Shown here: positions 1-8,883 of the stretch, one piece after another
Numbering within the stretch: position 1 is the first letter of the stretch
Layout: each line of letters starts with the position of its first letter
DNA from: an uncultured Christensenella sp.
GTDB taxonomy: Bacteria > Bacillota > Clostridia > Christensenellales > CAG-138
Length of the DNA: 64,000 nt
Direction: 5' to 3'
Assembly: GCA_964383635.1 (NCBI GenBank)
Contig: CAYLIG010000006.1
Coordinates: forward strand, 145,458-209,457
Program-made: the position numbers and the translations under genes
Notes under the pieces: generated by a model
What the model saw: the letters and a program-made list of their open reading frames with translations, nothing else
Database searches by the model: none
Told to the model about the DNA's origin: nothing

Positions 1-274
1 CTATTCGGACGGCATCGTCGCGGGACGCGGCTTCATCGCGCTGGCCGCGGTCATCTTCGGCCGCTGGTCGGCCTCCGGCGTGCTGCTGGCCTGCCTGCTG
101 TTCGGGTTCTTCGACGCCATGCAGCTGCGTCTGCAGGTCGGCACGGATCTGATTCCGTATCAGCTTTTCCAGATGGTTCCCTATGTGATGACGCTGATCG
201 CGCTGACCATCTTCGGCAGCAAAATCGCGGGGCCGAAATCCAAAGGCAAGCCCTATTACAGAGAAGAGCGCTAA
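1..274 (+). CDS. ABC transporter permease, C-terminal fragment (gene starts left of window)
   Basis: The frame is open from the window edge to TAA at 272-274. The hydrophobic tail (LLACLLFGFFDAMQLRLQVG...MVPYVMTLIALTIFG) is typical of sugar/nucleoside (BMP-type) ABC permeases. A BMP-family binding lipoprotein follows. Confidence 0.6.
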   Translation, partial: YSDGIVAGRGFIALAAVIFGRWSASGVLLACLLFGFFDAMQLRLQVGTDLIPYQLFQMVPYVMTLIALTIFGSKIAGPKSKGKPYYREER

Positions 275-347
275 CGCGAAGCATCCACCGGTAATTACGG
301 AATATTCCGTATTACATACAAAATTCTTTTGGAGGAAAAAGGACACT

Positions 348-1394
348 ATGAAGAAATTTCTTGCAATCGCACTTGCTCTGAGTCTGGTTGTCGGCATGCT
401 CGCATGTGCGGCACCCACCGCCACAACGACCGAAGAACCCGCCGCAGCCGCCGCGACCGAAGCCGCAGCGGAAGCAACCGAAGCCCCCGCGCCGGCAAAG
501 ACCTATAAGGTCGCCATGATCTGCGACTCCAGCATCTCCGACGGCGGCTGGGGCGCGGCCTGCTACAATGGCATGACTGCAGCGGCGGCAGAACGCGGCT
601 GGGAAACCGCCTATACCGACGCGATCGACCAGTCCGCTTATGCCGACACGCTGATCAGCTACTGCGACCTCGGCTATGACATGATCTTCGCGCCGGGCAA
701 CCAGTACAGCGACGCCGTCAAGCAGGTCGCCGCGGACTATCCGAACGTCGCGTTCGCAGTCCTCAACGGCTCCACCGAGCTGCCGACCGCCAACATCATG
801 AGCATCCTGCCCAACGCCGACCAGATCGGCTCCATCGCGGGCATCATCGCCGGACTGATGAGCAAGAGTAACGTCATCGGCTTCATCGGCGGCATGGAAC
901 TCGACACCACGAAGTCCAAGCTCGCGCAATTCACCGCTGCAGCGCAGGCCATCAACCCGGAGATCAAAGTCCTCTCCGCGTATGCCGGTTCGTTCAACGA
1001 CACCGCCAAGGGCATGGAGCTCGCCGCGTCTATGATCAATGAAGGCGCCGACGTGTTCTTTGGCGACGCCTCCGCCGTCGACTCCGGCGCGCGCCAGGCC
1101 ATCGACCAGGCCAACGGCGACAATGTGACCATCGTCGACATCGGCCAGCCCGCCGATCTGCTCGGCCAGAATCCCTGCGTCGTGAGCAGCGTCGTCACCG
1201 ACAACGCGCGCATGGTCGCCATCTGCCTCGAGAAAGTCGAAAACGGCACCTTCGGCAACGAAGTGGTCTTCGGCACGCTTGAAAACGGCGCGGTTTTCCT
1301 CGGCAAGTTCAACGACGCCCTGATGAGCGCCGATTTGCAGGCCAAGGTTGCCGAATATGTGCAGCAGCTGCAGGACGGCACTTTCGGCAAGTAA
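348..1394 (+). CDS. BMP-family ABC transporter substrate-binding lipoprotein
   Basis: RBS ggaggaaaaagg lies upstream. Lipoprotein signal MKKFLAIALALSLVVGMLAC, then an Ala/Glu/Thr-rich linker and a BMP/PnrA-like body (KVAMICDSSISDGGWG, FIGGMELDT). Confidence 0.85.
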   Translation: MKKFLAIALALSLVVGMLACAAPTATTTEEPAAAAATEAAAEATEAPAPAKTYKVAMICDSSISDGGWGAACYNGMTAAAAERGWETAYTDAIDQSAYADTLISYCDLGYDMIFAPGNQYSDAVKQVAADYPNVAFAVLNGSTELPTANIMSILPNADQIGSIAGIIAGLMSKSNVIGFIGGMELDTTKSKLAQFTAAAQAINPEIKVLSAYAGSFNDTAKGMELAASMINEGADVFFGDASAVDSGARQAIDQANGDNVTIVDIGQPADLLGQNPCVVSSVVTDNARMVAICLEKVENGTFGNEVVFGTLENGAVFLGKFNDALMSADLQAKVAEYVQQLQDGTFGK

Positions 1395-1420
1395 TTTCCG
1401 AAAGTTACCATCGCAACCTG

Positions 1421-1452
1421 GACGCCCGGCCTCTGGCCGGGCGTCTTTTATT
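1421..1452 (+). terminator. intrinsic terminator after the BMP lipoprotein gene
   Basis: Stem gacgcccggcc / ggccgggcgtc with a 3-nt loop, followed by ttttatt. Confidence 0.8.
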
Positions 1453-1465
1453 CAATCCGGATTCA

Positions 1466-1494
1466 TTGTTTTCTCTGCGGTAACGCTTTATACT
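1466..1494 (+). promoter_or_regulatory. candidate sigma-A promoter TTGTTT-17-TATACT
   Basis: The hexamers were read directly, with a 17-nt spacer. The site is about 50 nt upstream of the small ORF at 1542. Confidence 0.35.
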
Positions 1495-1541
1495 GAATAT
1501 CGAACTCCATATCACATGCAAAAAGGAAGTGAACCCGTAAG

Positions 1542-1766
1542 ATGAAATTTCTCTCGAAGGAAAAGATGGGCAAGCGCAAAAAGCGCGAGCTCGACAGCGC
1601 AAAGCGCGGAACCTGGGCCGGCGTAATCCCCGTGACGCGCACCATTGAAAACAAGAAACGCTACGATCGAAAAAAATCCCCGCGCCGGTACGATGACGAC
1701 GGCACGGGGATTTTATTATTCGGAGGCAAGATTCAGTTTTTCGTCTGTTCTTGTGGGAGCTTATAA
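1542..1766 (+). CDS. small highly basic hypothetical protein (start 1542 or 1566)
   Basis: RBS aaggaag precedes 1542 and gaaggaaaag precedes the second ATG. The product is Lys/Arg-rich (KRKKRELDSAKRGTWAGVIPVTRTIENKKRYDRKK). No terminator was seen and the C-terminal part is uncertain. Confidence 0.4.
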   Translation: MKFLSKEKMGKRKKRELDSAKRGTWAGVIPVTRTIENKKRYDRKKSPRRYDDDGTGILLFGGKIQFFVCSCGSL

Positions 1767-1922
1767 AACAGAAACGGAATGACGGAAACAAGGCAGCTCA
1801 GCGCGGGAACAATCGTAATCGAGAGAAACACAGTGTTCTGCATCCGCTCTGTCAATGCGGGCAAAATGAAAGCCGCGGCAGGAACTCCCGCCGCAGCCGC
1901 CTAACCGATGATCGACCCGATT

Positions 1923-2684
1923 TTACGCTTGTTTTGCTTTCGCAATGATGTCTTTGATCGCCTCGCCCGCGAGGATGTATCCCGCGACGGGCGGCACGAA
2001 CGACACACTGCCCGGCGTCTGCCGCTTCGTCGGCCGCACAATCCCCTCGCCAAGCGCCGCGGCGCACTCCACGCCGCCGTCTTCTTCCGGCGCGGGTTTG
2101 ATCGCTTCCTCACGCGAATAGACCACCTTGAGCGCGGGGATACCGCGCGCTTTGAGTTCCTTTCGCATCACGCGCGCAAGCGGGCAGACGGAGGTAGCGT
2201 AGATATCCGAAACCTCCAGCCGCGTCGGGTCGAGCTTATTGCCCGCACCCATGCTGCTGACAATCGGCACGCCGACGGCAAACGCGCGCTCGATGAGCAG
2301 GAGCTTGCTCGATACGGTGTCTATCGCGTCGACGATGTAATCGTAGCCAGAAAGATCAATTTGATCCGCGTTGTCCGCGCAATAGAAACAATCGTGCGCC
2401 GCGGCGTTGCAGCGCGGGTTGATGTCCAGAATGCGCGCTCGCATGACCTCGGCCTTTTTTTGCCCGACGGAAGAGTGCAGCGCGATGATCTGGCGATTGA
2501 TGTTGGAAACGCAGACTACGTCCCCGTCGAACACATCGATGGCGCCGACGCCCGCGCGCGCAAGCGCCTCCGCGGCGGAGCCGCCCACCCCGCCGACGCC
2601 GAACACCGCAACGCGCGCGCCAAAGAGCGCCCGCATGGCGTCGTCGCCAAGCAGCATCCTCTCGCGGGAAAACGCATCGCTCAT
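1923..2684 (-). CDS. tcdA: tRNA threonylcarbamoyladenosine dehydratase (ThiF/MoeB-type E1-like)
   Basis: N-terminus FSRERMLLGDDAMRALFGARVAVFGVGGVGGSAAEALARAGVG (Rossmann GxGxxG) with NINRQ; the length (253 aa) fits the TcdA/CsdL family. Confidence 0.8.
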   Translation of the reverse strand: MSDAFSRERMLLGDDAMRALFGARVAVFGVGGVGGSAAEALARAGVGAIDVFDGDVVCVSNINRQIIALHSSVGQKKAEVMRARILDINPRCNAAAHDCFYCADNADQIDLSGYDYIVDAIDTVSSKLLLIERAFAVGVPIVSSMGAGNKLDPTRLEVSDIYATSVCPLARVMRKELKARGIPALKVVYSREEAIKPAPEEDGGVECAAALGEGIVRPTKRQTPGSVSFVPPVAGYILAGEAIKDIIAKAKQA

Positions 2685-2873
2685 GTGAAAAAATCCTTTC
2701 GCAGCGGTTTGTCCGCCAGTTTATCGGCATCATACCGCCAAAGCGAAACGCCGTCAACCGCGCGGGCAGAATGTGAAATAATATATAAAATGCGCCCGAT
2801 CACTTGACACGCGCCGCGCCGCCCCGTATCATAAAACATACTGATTTAATAAGAGAAGGGGGAGCCCGAACCG

Positions 2874-3320
2874 ATGCGAATTTCCGCAAAAGGACGTTAT
2901 GCGCTCGCGGCCGTCATCAGCATGGCGCAGCAGCACCATAACGGCGAGTTTATCACGCTCATCAGCATTGCAGATAAGCTCGGCATTTCGAAAATCTATC
3001 TTGAGCAGGTGTTCTCCCTGCTTAAGCGCGGCGGTATCGTCAACTCGATCAAAGGCGCGCAGGGGGGCTATCAGCTTTCGCGCATTCCGCGCCAGATCAC
3101 CGCGCTGGACGTGCTGATTTCGGTAGAAACGGCGCTCTTCGACAAAACCGAGGATACGGTGCCCGAAAAAGCGCCGGAGATCGAATACGCCATGCGTTCC
3201 GGCGCGTTCGACCTGCTCGACGGAACGGTTGCGGACACGCTGAATCAGGTGACCATCGAGGACCTCGCCAACGCCGCGGAACGGCACAGGAGCGACGGCG
3301 CGGTAATGTTCTATATCTGA
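2874..3320 (+). CDS. Rrf2-family transcriptional regulator (CymR/IscR-like)
   Basis: MRISAKGRYALAAVISMA... wHTH signature; RBS aagggggag; lies next to cysK. Confidence 0.85.
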   Translation: MRISAKGRYALAAVISMAQQHHNGEFITLISIADKLGISKIYLEQVFSLLKRGGIVNSIKGAQGGYQLSRIPRQITALDVLISVETALFDKTEDTVPEKAPEIEYAMRSGAFDLLDGTVADTLNQVTIEDLANAAERHRSDGAVMFYI

Positions 3321-3345
3321 CCCCGATTATTATTCCGCTTGCTGC

Positions 3346-3376
3346 AAAAAAAGCCGCAAAACTGCGGCTTTTTTTG
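3346..3376. terminator. bidirectional terminator between the convergent Rrf2 gene and cysK
   Basis: aaaaaa-agccgca-aaac-tgcggct-ttttttt: A-run and T-run flank a 7-bp stem. Confidence 0.8.
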
Positions 3377-3389
3377 TTTGCTCACGCGC

Positions 3390-4331
3390 TTAGTCCATCA
3401 GGTCGGCAAACAGCGGTGTGGAAAGATACCGCTCGCCTGTGTCCGGCAGCAAGACCACGATGGTCTTGCCCGCGTTTTCCGCCCGAAGCGCAAGCTGCGT
3501 CGCCGCCCAAACCGCCGCGCCGGACGAGATGCCGACAAGCAGCCCCTCTGCCCGCGCGAGTTCGCGGCTGACCGAAAGCGCGTCGTCGTTTTTCACGGTG
3601 ACGATCTCGTCGTATATGGACGTATTGAGCACGCCGGGCACAAACCCCGCGCCGATACCCTGAATCTTATGCGGCCCGGCTGTTCCGCCGGACAGCACCG
3701 GCGAATCCGCCGGCTCGACCACGACGATTCCGACGCCCGGATTTTTGCTTTTCAGATATTCGCCAACGCCGGTCACCGTTCCGCCCGTACCAGCGCCTGC
3801 CACAAACAGATCCACCGCGCCTTCCGTGTCCGCCCAGATTTCCGGACCGGTGGTCGCGCGGTGCACCGCCGGATTGGCGGGGTTGGTAAACTGTCCCGGG
3901 ATGAACGAACCCGGCGTCCGCGTCGCGAGCTCGTTTGCCTTTTCGATGGCGCCCTTCATCCCCTTCGCCCCTTCCGTGAGCACAATTTCCGCGCCGTACG
4001 CGCGCATCAGCACGCGCCGCTCCACGCTCATCGTCTCCGGCATGGTCAGTATCACGCGATAACCGCGCGCCGCCGCGATAAACGAAAGCCCGATGCCCGT
4101 GTTTCCGCTGGTCGGTTCGATGATCACGCCGCCCGGCTTCAGCGCGCCGCGCTGTTCCGCGTCCTCGATCATCGCCAGCGCGATGCGATCCTTCACGCTG
4201 CCCGCGGGATTGAAGTATTCGAGCTTGGCGACGATCCGCGCGTTCAGATGATGCTGTTTATTATAGTTCGTAAGCTCCAGAAGCGGCGTCTTGCCGACCA
4301 GCTCCGTCAGGCTCTTTGCAATCTTTGTCAT
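3390..4331 (-). CDS. cysK: cysteine synthase A (O-acetylserine sulfhydrylase)
   Basis: [20 protein letters not shown]..., PLP-Lys region [25 protein letters not shown] aaggag is 10 nt upstream of the ATG at 4331 (the track start at 4355 was rejected). Confidence 0.9.
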   Translation of the reverse strand: MTKIAKSLTELVGKTPLLELTNYNKQHHLNARIVAKLEYFNPAGSVKDRIALAMIEDAEQRGALKPGGVIIEPTSGNTGIGLSFIAAARGYRVILTMPETMSVERRVLMRAYGAEIVLTEGAKGMKGAIEKANELATRTPGSFIPGQFTNPANPAVHRATTGPEIWADTEGAVDLFVAGAGTGGTVTGVGEYLKSKNPGVGIVVVEPADSPVLSGGTAGPHKIQGIGAGFVPGVLNTSIYDEIVTVKNDDALSVSRELARAEGLLVGISSGAAVWAATQLALRAENAGKTIVVLLPDTGERYLSTPLFADLMD

Positions 4332-4350
4332 ATTGATCGTTCTCCTTAAT

Positions 4351-4371
4351 AACATATTATTTATATATGTT
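4351..4371 (-). promoter_or_regulatory. AT-rich inverted repeat AACATAT-N7-ATATGTT between the cysK promoter and RBS (candidate Rrf2/CymR-type operator)
   Basis: Perfect 7-bp arms were read directly. The position lies between the -10 element and the RBS of cysK. Assigning it to the regulator is inference. Confidence 0.3.
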
Positions 4372-4382
4372 TTTATGTATAA

Positions 4383-4411
4383 ACTTTAACGGATTTCCGG
4401 CTGCTTGTCAA
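4383..4411 (-). promoter_or_regulatory. candidate cysK promoter TTGACA-17-TAAAGT
   Basis: Consensus -35 element, 17-nt spacer, acceptable -10 element, on the minus strand. Confidence 0.45.
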
Positions 4412-4423
4412 GTACTTTTCTCC

Positions 4424-4453
4424 AATACAAAACAGCCGGACGATTCCGGCTGT
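4424..4453 (-). terminator. intrinsic terminator after the XdhC-like gene
   Basis: Stem acagccgga / tccggctgt with a 4-nt loop; U-run on the minus-strand transcript (forward aaaa at 4428-4431). Confidence 0.65.
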
Positions 4454-4467
4454 CTGAGCGTGCTGGT

Positions 4468-5388
4468 TTATTCGTTTACAAACGGTTCAATCCAAACCTT
4501 CATGCGTCCGCCGCAGACCATGCCTTCCTCTTCGGCGACGTCGTTGCTCATGTCGAGCGTAATAAGCCGGGGCTGCCCGCTTCTGAGCGTTTCGAACGCA
4601 TGGTTGAGAATTTCGTGCTCGCCGCAGCCGCCGCCGACGGTGCCGACGATGTTTCCATATCGATTCACCGCCATGATGGCGCCGGTCGGCACGGGGGTTG
4701 AGCCGCTCTTTTCCACCACGACGGCCAGAGCGCAGGGCTCTTGATTGGACAGAAGATAGCCGAGCAGTTCCGGTTCGTGCGAGGTCAGCGCGAGGCGCTC
4801 GGCCTCCCGCGCCGCGATGCGGCTGCTGCGTTGCTGGATCAGCTCCGCGAGAATGGAAATCGCGATCTCCTTCGGCGTCTCCGCGCCGATGGGCAGGCCG
4901 ATCGGCGTATGCACCAAATCGATCTTTTTGCGGTCATAGCCTTCCTCTTCGAGCATATTGAACAGCTCGATCGTACGCCGCCGCGAGCCGATCAGCCCCA
5001 GATACCGCGGCATTTCGCCGGAAAGCAGCTGTCTGAGGCACACCGCGTCATAGCGATGCCCGCGTGTGATCACGCAGACAAAGTCGTAGCGCGTCACCGA
5101 AAGCTCGTCCAGCGCCTTGGTAAACGCGTCGCAAATCACTGTTCTCGCCTCGGGAAAACGAACGGCGTTGGCAAAGCTCGGCCGGTCGTCCACAACCGTA
5201 ACGTCGAACCCGAGATCCGCGGCATAGCGGCATAGCGGCTGGGAGACATGCCCGCCGCCGAGCAGGATGAGCCGCTGCGGCGGCAGAAACACACGCGTAT
5301 AAACTGCCTCGCGTCCCGCGTCGTCCTTTGTATGCAACACCAGCTCCGCGGGCGCGCCGCCCTGCATGGCGAGGTTGATAACCTGCAT
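4468..5388 (-). CDS. XdhC-family accessory protein (apparent permuted domain order)
   Basis: A Rossmann-type XdhC_C-like region comes first (RLILLGGGHVSQPLCRYAADLGFDVTVVDDRP ... IGLPIGAETPKEIAISILAELIQ). An XdhC/CoxI-like region comes last (ALAVVVEKSGSTPVPTGAIMAVNRYGNIVGTVGGGCGEHE). RBS ggaaggaggg. Confidence 0.75.
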   Translation of the reverse strand: MQVINLAMQGGAPAELVLHTKDDAGREAVYTRVFLPPQRLILLGGGHVSQPLCRYAADLGFDVTVVDDRPSFANAVRFPEARTVICDAFTKALDELSVTRYDFVCVITRGHRYDAVCLRQLLSGEMPRYLGLIGSRRRTIELFNMLEEEGYDRKKIDLVHTPIGLPIGAETPKEIAISILAELIQQRSSRIAAREAERLALTSHEPELLGYLLSNQEPCALAVVVEKSGSTPVPTGAIMAVNRYGNIVGTVGGGCGEHEILNHAFETLRSGQPRLITLDMSNDVAEEEGMVCGGRMKVWIEPFVNE

Positions 5389-5448
5389 AAGCCCTCCTTC
5401 CGCGATCGCGATCTGTTAATATCCGGCTCTGCTTCGCGCCGTTTTTCC

Positions 5449-7644
5449 TTAATTGGCCTGCTTCATCGAAAGCGAGATGCGCTTTTTCTGCACGTCCACG
5501 CTCAGCACGGCCACCTTGACGACGTCCCCGATGGACACCACCTCGGACGGGTGTTTTACAAATCGATTGGTCAATTCCGAGATGTGCACAAGCCCGTCCT
5601 GATGCACGCCGATGTCCACGAACACGCCAAAATCGATCACGTTTCGCACCGTTCCGGTGAGCACCATGCCGGGCACGATGTCCTGAATATCCAGCACGTC
5701 CGTGCGCAAAACGGGTTTGGGCAGTTCGTCGCGCGGGTCGCGCCCGGGTTTGACGAGCTCTTTCACCACGTCCCGCAGGGTCGGAAGTCCCACGCCGCAG
5801 TCGGCGGCGAGCTTGCTTTCGCCGTATTGCTTCACGCGCTCCGGCAGGTCGGATATCCGGCCGCCGGACACATCCGAAAGCGCGTGCCCCGTCAGTGTCA
5901 GGAGCTTTTCCGCCGCGGCGTAGCTCTCGGGGTGCACGCCGGTGTTGTCGAGCACCAGCCTGCTCTCCGGCACGCGCAGAAAGCCCGCGCACTGCTCAAA
6001 CGCCTTCGGCCCCATCTTGGGCACCTTCATGAGCTGCTTTCGTCCGGTGAACGCGCCGTTTTCCTCGCGGTAGGAAACGATATTTTTCGCGAGCGTTTCG
6101 TTCAGGCCAGCCACCTGCCGAAGCAGCGAGGGCGACGCGGTGTTGACGTCCACGCCGACTGCGTTAACGCAATCCTCCACCACGCCGTCGAGCGTTTCGC
6201 TGAGGCGCTTTTGCGGCATGTCGTGCTGATACTGTCCCACGCCGATGGCCTTGGGGTCGATCTTGACCAGCTCCGCAAGCGGGTCCTGCAGCCGCCGGGC
6301 GATGGAAACCGCCGAGCGCAGATTGACGTCGTACTGCGGAAACTCCTCCGCCGCGAGCTTGCTGGCGGAATAGACGGATGCGCCCGCCTCGTTGACGATC
6401 ATATAGCTCACGCGCTTGTTCCGCGCGATGAGCTCCACGGTCATCTGCTCCGTCTCGCGCGAAGCGGTGCCGTTTCCGATTGCGATGTGCTCCACGGCGT
6501 GTTTTTTCACGAGCGTTTCGAGTTGATCGATGGCCTCTTCCTTCTGGCGTTCGCCAAAGGTGGGATAGACCACCGTGGTGTCGAGCACCTTGCCCGTGCC
6601 GCTGACGACGGCGACCTTGCAGCCGTTGCGATAGCCGGGATCGAGCCCCATGGTCACGTGTCCCTTGACGGGCGGCTGCATGAGCAGGGGCTTTAAGTTC
6701 AGCGCGAAGTTGTGGATCGCGCCCTCGTTGGCAAGATCGGTCAGCGCGGCGCGCGTCTCGCGCTCCACCGAAGGGAAGATCAGCCGGTCGTAGGCGTCCT
6801 CCGCAGCGGCTTCGACCAACCGGCCCGCGGGGGAGTTTGCCCTCACGACCGAACGCTTGACCGCGCCGAGCGCGAGCTCGCGGTCCAGGTCGAGCTTAAC
6901 CTTGAGATAGCCTTCCTTTTCCCCACGGTTGATCGCGAGAATCTGGTGGCCTGAGAGCCGGCTCAGCGGCTGGTCAAACTGGTAATAGAGCCGGTAGACG
7001 GAGTCCTCCTCCTTCGCGGCGGAGGAACCGACTTTGGCGTTTTTTGCGATTGCGTCCCGGAGCTTCTGGCGGATGGACGCGTCGTCCGACACCGCCTCGG
7101 CAATGATGTCCGACGCGCCGGCAAGCGCGTCCTCCACCGTGTCCACGCCCTTTTGCGCGTCGATAAAGCGCTCTGCGAGTATTTCCAGCGGCGGCAGATC
7201 CTTTCCCTGCGCAAAAATCTGATTTGCCAGCGGTTCAAGGCCCTTTTCTTTTGCGATGGTCGCGCGCGTGCGGCGCTTTTGCTTATAGGGGCGGTAGATA
7301 TCCTCCAGCACGGCGAGGGTCTTCGCCTCGTCGATCTGCTTTGCCAGTTCGGGCGTGAGCTTTTCCTGCGCGGCGATCGATTTTTTGATCTCCTCGCGCC
7401 GTTCAGTGAGATTGCGAAGGTAGCTCAGCCGGTCGTTAAGATCGCGCAGGGTGGTGTCGTCCATCGTGCCGTGCAGCTCCTTGCGGTAGCGCGCGATGAA
7501 CGGAATCGTGTATCCCTCGTCGATGAGATCCACGACGTTTTTTACGTGCATTTCGTTTTTATTGAATTCCCGCGCGAGAATCTGTATCTGTGCTTCCCGG
7601 ATCTGCGCTCCCTGAATTTGTGTTTCCTGCGTTTTCGTTTCCAT
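5449..7644 (-). CDS. tex: Tex-like transcription accessory protein with C-terminal S1 domain
   Basis: IPFIARYRKE motif; YqgF/HhH central region; C-terminal S1 domain (GMVLTGTVRNVIDFGVFVDIGVHQDGLVHISEL). RBS ggag is 5 nt upstream of the ATG at 7644. Confidence 0.9.
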   Translation of the reverse strand: METKTQETQIQGAQIREAQIQILAREFNKNEMHVKNVVDLIDEGYTIPFIARYRKELHGTMDDTTLRDLNDRLSYLRNLTERREEIKKSIAAQEKLTPELAKQIDEAKTLAVLEDIYRPYKQKRRTRATIAKEKGLEPLANQIFAQGKDLPPLEILAERFIDAQKGVDTVEDALAGASDIIAEAVSDDASIRQKLRDAIAKNAKVGSSAAKEEDSVYRLYYQFDQPLSRLSGHQILAINRGEKEGYLKVKLDLDRELALGAVKRSVVRANSPAGRLVEAAAEDAYDRLIFPSVERETRAALTDLANEGAIHNFALNLKPLLMQPPVKGHVTMGLDPGYRNGCKVAVVSGTGKVLDTTVVYPTFGERQKEEAIDQLETLVKKHAVEHIAIGNGTASRETEQMTVELIARNKRVSYMIVNEAGASVYSASKLAAEEFPQYDVNLRSAVSIARRLQDPLAELVKIDPKAIGVGQYQHDMPQKRLSETLDGVVEDCVNAVGVDVNTASPSLLRQVAGLNETLAKNIVSYREENGAFTGRKQLMKVPKMGPKAFEQCAGFLRVPESRLVLDNTGVHPESYAAAEKLLTLTGHALSDVSGGRISDLPERVKQYGESKLAADCGVGLPTLRDVVKELVKPGRDPRDELPKPVLRTDVLDIQDIVPGMVLTGTVRNVIDFGVFVDIGVHQDGLVHISELTNRFVKHPSEVVSIGDVVKVAVLSVDVQKKRISLSMKQAN

Positions 7645-7856
7645 GTTCGCTCCGTGTTCTCCGCGCGGCTGTTTCGCGCGGTTTGCCGCCCGCATCGGTA
7701 AAGGGGGCGTACGGCTATTTTACCACAAAGCGGCCGCTGTGCGAAACAGGATTTGCTCGGCCGATATCGGGCGTTGAATTTCCTACGCGCGGCGGGTATG
7801 ATAAGAATACGATTTTTAGGATGCGCGCCGCAAAAACTCCCTGGGAGAATACGTTT

Positions 7857-8837
7857 ATGATCAGCCGGACGAAATATAAAATCGACGAAGCGACGATACT
7901 GCGTTTGTTTACGGCGGCGGGCATTCCGGACGCGACAAACGCTGTGCCGCTGGGCGACGGGGAGTTTAACGCGGTGTTTCTCGTCTCCTCGCCAAACAAA
8001 GACTATGTGCTCAAGATCGCCCCGCCGGACGGCGCGCCCGTGATGGCCTACGAACGGAACATGATGCAAAGCGAGGTCTTCTGGTACGGCGTGATGCGCG
8101 AAAAAACCGGCATCCGCGTGCCGGAGGTATACGCGGCGGACTTCTCCCGCGCGAACCTGCCCGTGCCTTACTGCATCATGGAGCACATGCCCGGCGAAGC
8201 GCTGAACAAAGCGAAACTGACCAAAGCGGAGCGCGCGGAGGCGGAAAGGCTGCTGGCAAAGATGAGCGCAAGCATGCACGCCGTGCAAAGCGCGCGCTTT
8301 GGCTATGAGCAATGCGGCCTTCATGAGAACTGGTTCGAGGCGATTTCCGCGTTTGTGCGGCAAACGCTGGACGACTGCGCAAAAAAAAGCCGCCGTTCGC
8401 GGCGCGGGGAACGGCTGCTTCGGCTCATCGAACGGCACCGGGATGTTTTGACCGCGGCGAAAGGCAGCATGGTCAACTTCGACATCTGGCCGGCAAATAT
8501 CCTGGTTTCCCGCGAAGCCGGAGAGCTGCGCCTTTCGTGGATCGATCCCGAGCGAAGTTTCTGGGGGGATCCCATGCTGGACTTCGTCTGCTTTGCGTTT
8601 CACCGACCGCTGTCGGAACAGCAGGCGGTACTCGCGACATACAACGCCGCGTCGAACCGGCCCGTGACGCCGACGCGCGCGGAGGAAATCCGCTTCGCCG
8701 TCGGGCAGGCATACTTAGCGCTCATCATGGAAGCGGAGAAATACTACCGCTACTCGCCGCTGCATTTCGGCTGGTGGAGAAACGTCCTCGCCGCGCGCTT
8801 GCTCTACCGCGCCGCGTTTACCGCGCTGGAAGCGTAA
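7857..8837 (+). CDS. phosphotransferase-family kinase (APH/choline-kinase fold)
   Basis: PLGDGEFNAVFLV...VLKIAP nucleotide-binding region and the NFDIWPANILV catalytic loop. The ATG at 7857 avoids overlapping tex. Confidence 0.75.
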   Translation: MISRTKYKIDEATILRLFTAAGIPDATNAVPLGDGEFNAVFLVSSPNKDYVLKIAPPDGAPVMAYERNMMQSEVFWYGVMREKTGIRVPEVYAADFSRANLPVPYCIMEHMPGEALNKAKLTKAERAEAERLLAKMSASMHAVQSARFGYEQCGLHENWFEAISAFVRQTLDDCAKKSRRSRRGERLLRLIERHRDVLTAAKGSMVNFDIWPANILVSREAGELRLSWIDPERSFWGDPMLDFVCFAFHRPLSEQQAVLATYNAASNRPVTPTRAEEIRFAVGQAYLALIMEAEKYYRYSPLHFGWWRNVLAARLLYRAAFTALEA

Positions 8838-8858
8838 CGGATCCATTCGCAATCCTTC

Positions 8859-8882
8859 AGCCCCGCCTCGGCGGGGTTTTTG
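8859..8882 (+). terminator. intrinsic terminator after the kinase gene
   Basis: ccccgcc / ggcgggg stem followed by ttttt. Confidence 0.6.
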
Positions 8883-8883
8883 T

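Noticed and set aside
1767-1922. Minus-strand frame encoding a membrane-helix-like tail (…MQNTVFLSITIVPALSCLVSVIPFLFYKLPQEQTKN)
   Set aside because: Only about 55 open codons follow a stop. The only ATG gives 36 aa with no RBS. It may be a remnant of a transporter C-terminus, but it is too short to support.
5048-6696. 314-aa (-) and 482-aa (+) ORFs overlapping tex
   Set aside because: They are alternative-frame or antisense ORFs within the well-supported Tex gene, and their composition is biased to Arg/Gly/His.
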